Positions 20,047 through 32,000 of a DNA stretch of 64,000 nt are shown here, one piece after another (the first letter of the stretch is position 1; every line of letters begins with the position of its first letter). Source of the stretch: a virus (lineage: Duplodnaviria > Caudoviricetes). The stretch spans positions 192,001 to 256,000 of IMG/VR virus record IMGVR_UViG_3300028048_000038. One strand, given 5' to 3'. Both the position numbers and the translations under genes were made by a program. The notes under the pieces were generated by a model that worked only from the letters and a program-made list of their open reading frames with translations, did not search any database and was not told the origin of the DNA.

Positions 20047-23027
20047 TTGTACTTTGGATTTACATTTATTACTGCTGTTCCGTAATTACTATCTGGTTCC
20101 GTGTCATTCATGATTTTAATCTCAAATAAATTTAAGATTACATTACCGTTGTCATCTATCGTTACATATCTATCATCGAAAGTATAGGCGTATTCCTTGT
20201 TTTTAAAGTCATAGACAGCATATAATGGGACATATGACTGTGCATACACATATGATAATGGAATGCCCTTCTTGAGCATTTTTAGGTCTGATTCATTAGT
20301 TCCTACTACTGTGTTGGCAGATAACGTAAGTTTCCTTTCTGGATACACCTCAATACTATCAGTTTCGCCACTCCATTTCATTGGAACTATGAACGGTATG
20401 GTTTTACCAATTCCAGCGTGGTTGAATTCAACTTTCATATAAATAGGTTTTGGGTGTAAATTTTCAGAGTATTCCCTAAACATATAGATATAAAACCCTT
20501 CAGAAGACGTATCTGTTGAATATTTGTTATTGATTACAAATCTAGAATCCAATCTCTTTCCATCTTCCTTAAGTGAAACACAATAAGATTGTGAAAAACC
20601 TTCATCATCAATATAGTTTACAATAACAAAATTATCATCGTCATCACAATGCTCTGATTCCTTTTTATTCGCTAGTCTTTCGCCACTAACTCTTATTTTA
20701 TCACTTATAGTACATTTATTTATATCTTCAGAGAAATTTACAAATGTATTTATTCCCTTCCTTGAATTATCAATGTATTTTTTATATAATGAATTTTCAT
20801 TCATAAACACTGTCGATGTCGCCAACAATGATTGTTTTTGTGGGTCTGTTGAATCATAGAAACTTAGCCTCAAAAAAGATTTAGAAATCCTAGATTTTTG
20901 ATAAAACACATCATTATTATCAAAATACACAAAACCTAATAAATCTGAATGTTCAATTAACTTGGCGTATTTTATTTCCCTTAAATTGTCATCACTAGTT
21001 CCACTTATTGCATTAATCATTGACTTATATGGTTCATAATCAGTAATAAACCAGTTACAAAGACCACTGTATGAAACATTATTGTAATCTTCATTTACTT
21101 TCCAACTATCCAAATCTCTAGTTCTAAAATGCAGATTTATATTTATCGTGTGTACTGGACTAAAGTTAGTTCTTGAACCTACATATCTATTACTTGTTAA
21201 TATTTTAGGAGTATAAACATCCTTTTCCAAATCCACAATTCGATTGATTCTCTTATCTCTCTCCTTCTCACAGAAATCTTTCTTAACAACTTCACTTTGT
21301 AAAAGATTAAGAGCTGTATCGTTGCTGAGATTTAATGGAATATTTACATACCCGCTCTTATCTTCAATTATGAGATTATCAAATATTCTGTAAGCATCGT
21401 CACTCGTAATTGGGCTAGTTACATCTGAAAATACAGATTCCTTGGATATGGTCTTTGCTCCAAATATAATATTATCAGCTTCTAGTGAATACTGAGATTT
21501 ATTGTTAACTACCATATTAGATAGTTCTATCTCTTTATTCTTAATAAAGTCAGATGGATAATCGTTAGGGTTGATTAATGGTTTTAAAATAAACAAAGAA
21601 CCACCTTTTATGTCATCAACAACAAATTTAACCTTATTTGGCAAAGTGAGTCTTGCCAAACCATCTTTCACGATATAGTTTTTGCCTTCAATGGTTACAC
21701 CAGAATAAGATACAATTTCATATGATTCATTCGCTACAATTTCATCGCTTCTTATAACTAAGCCATATCTTGTTAATGGCTTACTAGCATTTTCATCATA
21801 TTTCATTGGAACTTGTTCACCTTCAATATCTACATATGCAATTGAACTATCTAATTTATCATATGTTACATCATATTCAGCATCATTGATTATTGCTTTA
21901 TCAAATAACTTATCCTCAACATAATATTTTACGCCATTATAGAATACAGTTCCACTTTCAACATTTATATAACAAGCATCATCATTTGAAGCATTGATAA
22001 ATGTCACTTCATTACCAATGCCAATTGTAACACCTTGATTTTCAAGCAATGCCATTATAAATCTTGATGAACTAGTTTCTCTATAGTCATAATTAGCCGT
22101 ATATTCTGTTCCATCTATTGTGATAAAGCATCTAAACTTACGTAAATCATTAATATCTTTAACATCATTACCTATCGTTACAACAAATGCACTAGTGTCA
22201 TCGTCAGTACTTGCAGATACTGTATAATTTATAACATTGCTGACATTACCATTATAAGGCACTTGAGAAACGAATGTATTACCACTTTGTATTATAGGAC
22301 AATAATAATCAAGATATTTGACATAGAAGAAATATTCACAGAACTTAAGGTCATTTACCTTATGGTGTATGGATGTGAATGAATACCCCTTAAACTTACA
22401 TACATCATGCACTAAAGAATAATCATCATAAGGCATAAAATACATACTATCACAGTCTGTTGGTTTATCGATTGTGTTACCATTATCTGTGAATTTAATA
22501 CACCCAATAGTTCCATTTTGGTTTTGTTCGTTTTTGTCAAAAATATATTTAGTACCATCTATGGTAACAAAACCATCTTCAATCCAATAAACAGTATCCA
22601 ACTTAATATAGCCATTAGTAGGGGTAACTTCAATATCTCGTTCAACGATGGTTGGTATATATTTCCCACTTTTCTCGATATATTTCTCGCATTGCCAATC
22701 TTTAATGGTAAACTTATCATTATTCTTATAAAAAAATCTATCGTTTATACAAACATAACTAATCCCATTAAACGTTTCTATTGGATATTTTTTACCAATT
22801 GCAATTACATAACCAGTCCTAGTAACAACCTCAGTTTCAAGTCTTAGAACTGAATTATTATTAGTCAATGGACTTTTAACTGAAATGGTATTATATTTTT
22901 CAAGATGGTATGATGAGTTTGTAACACCAGAAATAAACGATAAATCTAGTGCTACATATTTTTCTCTCCAAACTATGTTATTGCCTTTGAAATCGTTTTC
23001 AGTAAGTTTAACACTGTATTTTAACAT
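20043..23027 (-). CDS. Structural-operon hypothetical protein
   Basis: 994 aa; overlaps both neighbours. Confidence 0.6.
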   Translation of the reverse strand: MLKYSVKLTENDFKGNNIVWREKYVALDLSFISGVTNSSYHLEKYNTISVKSPLTNNNSVLRLETEVVTRTGYVIAIGKKYPIETFNGISYVCINDRFFYKNNDKFTIKDWQCEKYIEKSGKYIPTIVERDIEVTPTNGYIKLDTVYWIEDGFVTIDGTKYIFDKNEQNQNGTIGCIKFTDNGNTIDKPTDCDSMYFMPYDDYSLVHDVCKFKGYSFTSIHHKVNDLKFCEYFFYVKYLDYYCPIIQSGNTFVSQVPYNGNVSNVINYTVSASTDDDTSAFVVTIGNDVKDINDLRKFRCFITIDGTEYTANYDYRETSSSRFIMALLENQGVTIGIGNEVTFINASNDDACYINVESGTVFYNGVKYYVEDKLFDKAIINDAEYDVTYDKLDSSIAYVDIEGEQVPMKYDENASKPLTRYGLVIRSDEIVANESYEIVSYSGVTIEGKNYIVKDGLARLTLPNKVKFVVDDIKGGSLFILKPLINPNDYPSDFIKNKEIELSNMVVNNKSQYSLEADNIIFGAKTISKESVFSDVTSPITSDDAYRIFDNLIIEDKSGYVNIPLNLSNDTALNLLQSEVVKKDFCEKERDKRINRIVDLEKDVYTPKILTSNRYVGSRTNFSPVHTININLHFRTRDLDSWKVNEDYNNVSYSGLCNWFITDYEPYKSMINAISGTSDDNLREIKYAKLIEHSDLLGFVYFDNNDVFYQKSRISKSFLRLSFYDSTDPQKQSLLATSTVFMNENSLYKKYIDNSRKGINTFVNFSEDINKCTISDKIRVSGERLANKKESEHCDDDDNFVIVNYIDDEGFSQSYCVSLKEDGKRLDSRFVINNKYSTDTSSEGFYIYMFREYSENLHPKPIYMKVEFNHAGIGKTIPFIVPMKWSGETDSIEVYPERKLTLSANTVVGTNESDLKMLKKGIPLSYVYAQSYVPLYAVYDFKNKEYAYTFDDRYVTIDDNGNVILNLFEIKIMNDTEPDSNYGTAVINVNPKYK

Positions 23028-26000
23028 TTTATTTCTTTGTCTTTAACATAATTATTTTCTTTCTCAATTTCCATCTCTCTTCCAATTATATCATCCTCAG
23101 AATATAAACCATAATTTCCGAATGGGTCTTGTCTCTTTACATATAAATCGATTCGTCTATTAATATAGAATGCCCCATTAGTAAATGGATATGTTTCAAT
23201 CGATTTGTCTGAAGAATTTGTTCCGTTATTATTAACATTCCTCCAAATGAATCTACAGCTTCCGTCTTTTATTACATGTGCATAAGAAGGTATATTCATA
23301 TTATCTAACTTACACAGCTTATAATACAAGATATTAGATGACGATGAGAACAAATCTGGAACCTTATCAGTCTTATTACCCTTTTCATCATAGATATCAC
23401 ACACGAACACCTTTTCATTAATTGCACTTGTTGTTATACAATAGAAATATTCATCTGTTTCTGTATTATATATCATGGTTTTATCACCAACACCTAAGAA
23501 GTGGTTTTGCAAACAAGTAATTCTAGTTCCATTAGGCGCATTAACTAATGACCTAATAGTTAGGAACGTAGGCATTATTGAGTTTAACTTATCAAAGCTC
23601 TTTATAGGTATTTCATAATGAGGTACATAATAATATCCCTCATTCTTTTTATTGGCATCAGTTACAGCAGTACTTTTAATTACATATCTATCATTCTTAT
23701 CATAGTCATCATTATAGATTTCATCATATACATATGATTTAAAGTAGTCATTTGATGCTGACCTATTGGATTCCCTTTGGGCTGTATTGAATCTATGCAG
23801 CATAGGCTGTATGTGTTCTTCTACAGCATTGAAACTATCGTAACATGATAAATCACCATAGAAATTAATATCATTGTAGAACCATACCTCATCTTCATCT
23901 ATTCCATATATACTGCCTAATGACGAAGTATAATTATATATTCTACTATCATTGATTAGACTACAATTATATCCACCATTTATACCACTATTATTTATAG
24001 ACTTTATATTTCTTATATTAGTCTCATCTGCTGATTCATCTGAAAGCTCAAACCCACAAGTTATCTTACCAAAACAGTGAGAATATTCTACCGTACTATT
24101 AGCAATTTCACTAATTTTCCATTGTGTTGGCTTATTTGTAAAACCATACCACTCTTTATAACCTTTATTATTCTTGATTATTGTTAAATATAATGATGTA
24201 ATTGGTCTTCCTAGGTTATCCTTTATATTAGATATATCTATATCATCAGTAAACACTATTTCCCCAACCTCATCAGAGTATATGTTTTTTGCAAATGCAA
24301 GTCTTGAAACATGACTTTCAAAGTCATATTTTGGGCCTTGATATGTTTTAATCATGGTGCTATTGCCGCCATACAAGTCATATTCGCTTGTTGTACCACT
24401 TGCAAACTTGAAGTTTGGAAGCCTTGAGAATATTCTTACGTAATAATCACACTCAATTCCGTTAACAACTTTTTTATAAGAAATATGTTGGGATTTTTCA
24501 TCAAAATTTACATATCCATTGCTATCTGAATGAGAATTTACAATATAATACTTATGCGTTTCTCCATCATCGTCTTCTCTATAAAAATAACTTCGTTTAC
24601 CTTCGTTTAATGTGTATTCTATATCATCTAAAATTATCTTTTTGGCAACTATATCATTTTTAGTCACTTGAACCCATGAATTACTGATTTTTGTTGTAGC
24701 TCCAAATACTGTAAATATGTAATCATCTGCTACATCACTAACCTCAGCTTCTTCAATTACCATCTCATTGTTCGTCTTTCCATTTTCGGTATAAGTCCTA
24801 TAAATATTTACATAATCTCCAACAGATAAACCATGTTTTGTAACACTATAGATTACAAGCTGGCTAGCACCATTATCGGCAATTGTATTTTCATCGAAAT
24901 ACATCGTTTTTAATGCATTCAAGTTCTCATTGGTCTCTATAATATCTTCGAAACCAATAGTTGTTGAAGAACTAGGATATGTTATACAATAGTTCCAGTT
25001 TTTCTCGATTCTATGCCTTGCCTCGTTCCATTTCGGTATAAAAGAATATAAATCCCTAGACGGATACATATCTATAAAATCACCACCATTCATATACATC
25101 AAAGGTCTTTCTATACCTAATGTTTCGTTAGAATCGAATTCATCATATGACTTTATCTTAGATGCATTTGGAAAACCAAGCCATCCATTGTATTTATCAA
25201 GAAGTTTTGAATTAATGGTATCTTTAAATGAGTATATATCATCATATTCATACAAATGCCTAGCCAAAATCTTTGTATTACCATCTATTTGGGCTGATAT
25301 TGGAAAATACATTTTTTCAATAACCTTATTACCATTAATATCCCTCATCACATCAGCAATAGTGTTGAATGCTCCATATGATGCATTACTACTATGTGAT
25401 GATTCACAACCACTTTTTTCAACTTCATAAGGAAACTTATTAACTGGCTTAAATGTCTTACTTCTTAATAAATGATTATTGAAGATGTCTAAACCGCAAT
25501 GATATATAAAAGGTAATCCTTTTGAATCCTCTTTTGACAACTGCATATCCCTAATAGCATTAGTTGGATGTTTGGAGTTAACTTCATCGAAGCACTGACC
25601 ATTTTCGTAATCTCTACTTGATGAAATGACAGCTTGTGTTATGGTTGTAGAATGAGATAAAGTAGTGGCTCTATTGTCAACACTTTGATAAAATGCAGTA
25701 TTTCCACTCCAAAACTCCATAGTAGGCTCTTTGTATTTAACACAATTAAATACATCATAAGTACTAGTACTTGGTGTACCGCAAAAACCATAATTAATCA
25801 TTGTAATACCACTACTACCCTCATCTTTAACAATTTCTGTTATGCGATTAAACAGTACATTGGTACAAATAGGATTAACTTGGCATGTAAGACGTATAAT
25901 ATTACACTCTTTTCTTTCTTTTTCATATTGTTCGTATGCACTTATGATATATGAGGTGTCTGTGGATGGTATAAGTTTCCTTTTACCACCCAAAGACACG

Positions 26001-26068
26001 TTTAACCCACTTGTATTGCTAACTGAGTTCTTACTACTAAACTCATCAAGAAAAATGTTTGTATCCAT
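23021..26068 (-). CDS. Structural-operon hypothetical protein
   Basis: 1015 aa, translationally coupled. Confidence 0.6.
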   Translation of the reverse strand: MDTNIFLDEFSSKNSVSNTSGLNVSLGGKRKLIPSTDTSYIISAYEQYEKERKECNIIRLTCQVNPICTNVLFNRITEIVKDEGSSGITMINYGFCGTPSTSTYDVFNCVKYKEPTMEFWSGNTAFYQSVDNRATTLSHSTTITQAVISSSRDYENGQCFDEVNSKHPTNAIRDMQLSKEDSKGLPFIYHCGLDIFNNHLLRSKTFKPVNKFPYEVEKSGCESSHSSNASYGAFNTIADVMRDINGNKVIEKMYFPISAQIDGNTKILARHLYEYDDIYSFKDTINSKLLDKYNGWLGFPNASKIKSYDEFDSNETLGIERPLMYMNGGDFIDMYPSRDLYSFIPKWNEARHRIEKNWNYCITYPSSSTTIGFEDIIETNENLNALKTMYFDENTIADNGASQLVIYSVTKHGLSVGDYVNIYRTYTENGKTNNEMVIEEAEVSDVADDYIFTVFGATTKISNSWVQVTKNDIVAKKIILDDIEYTLNEGKRSYFYREDDDGETHKYYIVNSHSDSNGYVNFDEKSQHISYKKVVNGIECDYYVRIFSRLPNFKFASGTTSEYDLYGGNSTMIKTYQGPKYDFESHVSRLAFAKNIYSDEVGEIVFTDDIDISNIKDNLGRPITSLYLTIIKNNKGYKEWYGFTNKPTQWKISEIANSTVEYSHCFGKITCGFELSDESADETNIRNIKSINNSGINGGYNCSLINDSRIYNYTSSLGSIYGIDEDEVWFYNDINFYGDLSCYDSFNAVEEHIQPMLHRFNTAQRESNRSASNDYFKSYVYDEIYNDDYDKNDRYVIKSTAVTDANKKNEGYYYVPHYEIPIKSFDKLNSIMPTFLTIRSLVNAPNGTRITCLQNHFLGVGDKTMIYNTETDEYFYCITTSAINEKVFVCDIYDEKGNKTDKVPDLFSSSSNILYYKLCKLDNMNIPSYAHVIKDGSCRFIWRNVNNNGTNSSDKSIETYPFTNGAFYINRRIDLYVKRQDPFGNYGLYSEDDIIGREMEIEKENNYVKDKEIKC

Positions 26069-29000
26069 TAATTAAGAATATACGCTATTGTTATTTGAGG
26101 AGTATTAGGGTCTGTTGGCAATGTTTGAACTGGTGCTTGCAACAAGAAGTCTCCAATTTTATAAGAGAAACCTGAACTTGTTTTAGCTAACATATAACAA
26201 CGCCACCTACCACTACGATTAGTATCATCGTTCATAATACCCATTTCTTGAGACCATTTCATTGTTAATTGTAGCAAGATTTTTCCATCTTGTACGTATG
26301 TCTCTTCATTCATCATCTTAACAGTACTACAATCTACATAATATTCATCCTCACTGTCATTATCCTTTCTAAACATGAAAGAGAATGACATATTACTAAA
26401 ATCTACGAATGCTTGGTTGGTTAAACCAGTAGATGGGTCTCCGGTTAATCTAATACACATTTGGAATGTTACTGTTTGTGTGTAAATCTTAGATTCACCA
26501 GTTCCTTCTTCTGTTTCCTCACTTGGTTCATCATCAGTTATCGGAGTATCGTTACCTTCATTACTTTCATCATTAGTAGTTGGTTCTTCCTCTTCAGTCT
26601 CTACCTCCACTTCAGTTTCCAAATTCCTTAATTCAACATAACTTAAAGGATTATCAGCAGTTCCACTATCGAATTTGAGTAGAATATTTCTAACGTCAAT
26701 AAACTCACTAATTTCAATAGTCCTTATGTTATTGATTAACATATTATCTGCATTACTAACATATACCCTATCAACTAATACTGAAAACGCCTTAACACTG
26801 TTAAATACATTATGGTCGAGTGATTTCATGAAAGTAACTTTATTAAATGCATCACTATCTGATGTTACGTAACTTTCATCTGATGTATTATATAAGAATC
26901 TACCCCAGATTTCATTATTATAATTATCACGTAATTCTTCTCTATATTCAAATCCTTCTGGTAACACAACATCATGACCACCAAAAAGCAAACTTATTAT
27001 TGATGCATCTCCTCTAAATTGATAAAATGTAACGTTGTTCATCGCATCATCAAGCGATTTCTCAGCCGCTATTTCACCATTTGGAGTTGTGGTTTTAATA
27101 TAAGTAATTCCATCAACTTTAATAATTACACCATCTCGATTTATTTCTGTGTATGGCAATACTCTAATCAATCTAGGTAATCTAGTATATATGTCAAAGT
27201 CATTTGCGCTTTTTTGTGATATGGTAAATATTAAGTTAGCTGCATTTGCAATGAATAGGCTGTAGCCATCAGAAGTGCCGTTTAATCTATATTCAACGTT
27301 TCCTAAAGTTCTGTTATTAGATGATGGCTGCATAAAACGAACTGGTTTATCAAATTCAAAATCCAAATCGAAAGTTTCACCTTCCTTAACTTCAGCAGAA
27401 ATGGTGGCATCTTCATTTATAGTAGTCTGAACACCACCATAGGAACATGAAGTTACCCTAAAATTATAAGTACCTAAAGGCAATATGTTACACACATCAA
27501 TAAACCTCTTTGTAGGATAATTATTTGGTCTTATTACATCCTCTCTATTAAAATCACCATTATATAAGTTCGTTTGAGTTGATGGATATGAGAACACATA
27601 AGGATTAGGTGTCGCACGAAGTTTATCCAAACCTTTACCGCCTTGTCCTTGTGGTAACGGGTCAGTGATGAACTTGCTAAGTCTATTTTTATTAAAAGTA
27701 GACCAGAAATAATTTCTTATATCAACGCCACATAATGTTGCCTCATAAAAACGTTTATTCATGGTTTTATTAGCAGTTGATGTGTCACCATCCCAAAACA
27801 CGTCAGTTGGTTTGTTATAAATAGTTTTAGCATCGCTGTCACCTTGTGATATAGTGTAACTATATTCCAAAAATTTATTAGAAGAAACTGATACAAGATT
27901 ACCATCATCATCAGTGGTCGTGTCAGCACTTATTATACTAAAATCAGAATCATATGACATCTCAATTCCACCATAAACAGTACCAAATATACGTGCAGCT
28001 TTCCAAGGTCTATTTTTATCTATCAACGTTCCTTCGGTTGTAGGATTTTCATATAGACTAAAAGTAGAGCCTATAACTGGTCCTATGAATGTTAAATCAT
28101 AGTCTAGTCTTCTATCAACTGCCATTGCTCTAAGATATGGTAACGTATTTCTATTTCTATCATTATCTAGATGTTGTGGATGTTGCAAACGTTTATATAC
28201 ACGCTCAAAATTGCCAATACTTCCTTTAATAATCTTTCCAATCTCTTTTGGTGTATTACTATCGTAAGGGCTAACAGATGCGAAACTAGGACTTCTCAAT
28301 GATGACATACTAAGGTCTAATTCTTTCTTGTTCTTATATCCACCATTGTTACTAAATGCCGCAAAATAATTTCCAATTGCAGTATTGGCATAATATCCAC
28401 GTTCATATTGTCCATCATAGGTATTTAATCTTGGGTTATTAACACCTTCTCTAATACCCCATCCACCGCTATAGTTATTTCCAATTATATTAGGATACTT
28501 CTTTGTTACGGTTGCCATGTTAACATCATCCAAATAATATGTTGATTTTGCGTTATTTGAGTCAGCATACGCTGGTAACACACTTCTATACAACGTTGGT
28601 TGTACGCCACCAATTGCATGATAATTAAATTCATATGTTGTATATACAGCATCAGACAAACTAAACATTTTCTTAAACTTATAGTTAATAATTAATAGTT
28701 TGACAGAAGGAGACGTTATACTAGCATTTCCAAAATCAATGAAATCCTCCCATACAACTTGGTTTCTTGACACAGTTATTGTATCTGGTCTTCCAAATTG
28801 ATATGAGTCTTCTTGGTGAACACCAAACCAACCACAAATATTCCTATCAGTGGCATTCTCGATTAGGTCACTCTTATAGAACATACTTGTATTTGATATT
28901 GATGCGTTTTCATCGTCACTGTTTGTTCCAAGCATAAATCTTACTGGCATATCATTTAAGAATGCATTAAAGTTTTCACCATTAAATACTCTAACAATCT

Positions 29001-32000
29001 CTGTATAAGAGTTGTCAGTTATTAGTTTACCATTACACACTTGATACATTGAAATGCTATACTTCTTTGGTTGATAGACATCGATTTGCATATACTTTGT
29101 TGCGTTTGCCCCTTCTCCATCAGCATATATTCTTATTCTAGGTGTTTCACCATTACAAAAGCATTTCTTGATATCTCCAACATGTTCTGACTCCAAATTC
29201 TTAATTGCTAGATATACATAACATCCTTCAGAGATTTCACCAGTTTGGAATACGGTTTCTCCATTTTCTACTCTTTTTAATTTAATGAACACTATAAAAC
29301 CATCATAGTCAGGATTATAAGAAGGAGGAACTATATCACCAGTTGGCATATCTAGTTCACAATTCATACCATCAACAGAGAAACCACTTAATACAATTCT
29401 ACCATAATAATCGTTTTCCTCGTTACAAATGTAACTCATTCTAGACGTTGATGTATTATAGAACTTAGTACCAAGTTTATATGAGGCATAAGCAAACGAC
29501 ATTGTTTGCATATCAAGTTCTATTTTACTAGAAACTTTCTTACCATTATCATCAATAACGGTTAAACTATATATTTGATTAGACAAACCAGTTAGACCAT
29601 AATCATTTTCAACCGCTTCATAAACCTTTGGAGTGCTAGGGTCATCATCGTCATCTACTGGTATTTGATATTTAACTTTACCTTCATCTTCAACATCGCC
29701 AATGGTGAATGTTGTAGCTGTCATATCGCTTTCACCAACAACTAAATTATCAAGTGAATCATATAATGAATATGAGAATGGTGCTTGTATATCGTCTAAT
29801 ATGACTTTGATATATGCATAGGAATCCTTCTTATGATTACCTTTATATGGACAAGCACAATAAGACCTAGGTCTTGATTCTACATCAAGAGAGAATGGGT
29901 CTTTATTGTTTTGTACACATTCAGCCAAGAAAAGGTTGGTAAACTTATCAATTGCAGTATTGCCTTTGTTAATACCAAAATAGAAATAGAATGAATTATT
30001 ATACAAAGGCATATGATAATCACTACCTTTTGCATGATAAAAGTGTCTAATCCTTCCATGATATTTACCTATTTCACCTTTCTTATAGTTTTCTGCACCA
30101 AATCTGAAGGTAAGATATGCTTCATCTTGTTCATCATACATTGCTTGTTCAAAGTTTCCTTTATAGGCATTCATTGGACCTTGCATTCTTCCATCAAAAT
30201 CAGTTGGGAAAATATATTTGAACTTTGGTACAAGATATGTAGTATTTTCATCTTCGACTTGTGTAGTATACTTAGCGCCAATTTCATCGAGATATACTTG
30301 TGGCACAAATCCCAAATGATTCAATGTTGCGAACATTGAACGGTTATTCATATCATCAAGTTCATACTTGGTGATAAATCCATCTGATTCGATAAGACCA
30401 GTTTGTATACCGTTTCCACCATTTGAATATGCCATGTTGTGTGTCATATCTAAACTAACACCAAGTTCACTCAGCCTTTCAACATTAATACAAGATTTAA
30501 GTCTTGTTTCAGCATATGTGCAGAACAAGTCAATAAAAAGTCCAGTCTTATAAGCTGGAGTTTCTGAATCGCCACGATAGCCCCAGTCCATACCAGTAGT
30601 AATTGATGTTCCACTATCTTTACCTTCACTTGCATCGTATTTTGGAACATCGGTATCTTCTTCGCTTGTTGATTCTTCAATTGACGCAATTGGTGGTATA
30701 TTTGCTGTTGTTGAAGGTAATACCTTAAAGAATTGTGGTATACCATACAAGTTATCTTCATTTATATTACCCAACAAAATAATATCTGTAGCATATAATC
30801 TTATTGCCTTAAAACCAGCTTCACGATTACTGATTAATTGGTATTCACCCTCATCAACAGGTTGCATTGCTACATAATAATATACTGTAAGACCATCTTT
30901 ATTCTTAACACCTTTTATTAAGCCATTTTCATATCTTACTTGTTTTGCCTCCCTTTTATGCCACATTGTAATTGAATCATTGGAAGCAACATCACTATTA
31001 ACCGTTAGGCTTTCATCACTATATGGAATATCGCAAGTTACATATGTCTTTAATCTACTGTATCTTTTATTACAGTCACAAAACTCATTCTTTGCGCTTC
31101 TAGAGAATAATCCAAACAAAAAGGTTTGCTTTTTTGTTTTTTTCCAATACCACAAAGGCATGTATAGACAACCATTAATCCAATCTTGGTATAAATCCAA
31201 TTTTACGACATTATATTGTAGTGCAAGGTTTTGTTGTACCTTATCTTTTAGTTCACTATTATTGTCACTTTTCCTACAATTTGGCATTTCTGGGTCGCAA
31301 TCAACAGCATCTTTTCCCTTTCCACAATAGCAGCCAGGAAGATACATAACATTACCTTCTGTTAAACCAGCTGATAATGGTATACATGGAATATATGGAA
31401 TATCTGGAATCCACTTAAACAAATATTTAATAGGCCAAGGTTTCTTAAGCAAACCAAAGACATTGTTTATTAATTGTATCATTCCATTTAAAAGACATAC
31501 AAGTACGTTAATAAAGCTTATAATGACCAATACAATAGTAAACAATATACATACAATCATATACATGAAAGGTATGTCAATACTCATTTTATTAAATGGT
31601 ATTGGATTTTGATTATCTGTTATATTAGAACCCTTTAATGCCCCATAGTTATCTGAATACGGTCTATGGGCAACTTGCACCTTTGGTATATAGTTTTTTA
31701 CGCTATACACGTTATTCCAATAAAGGTCACGAAAACAGCTTTGTGGTGTATTTGAACCAAAGTTATATAATTTTTCAAAATCAGCACCACTTACTTGTGA
31801 CCTAGGGGTTATATTGTTACCATCTTTGTCCTCCATTATCAATGGATTCATTGGAACTAGGTATTTCGCTGTGTGTCTAGAATATCCCTCATCTCCAGTT
31901 TCAGTCTTACTAAATCTGAATCTAACTTGAGTTCTAGTTGGGATACCTTTGTTTGGGTTATCTGTTGGAACAATATTACCATACTCATCAGTTCCAACAT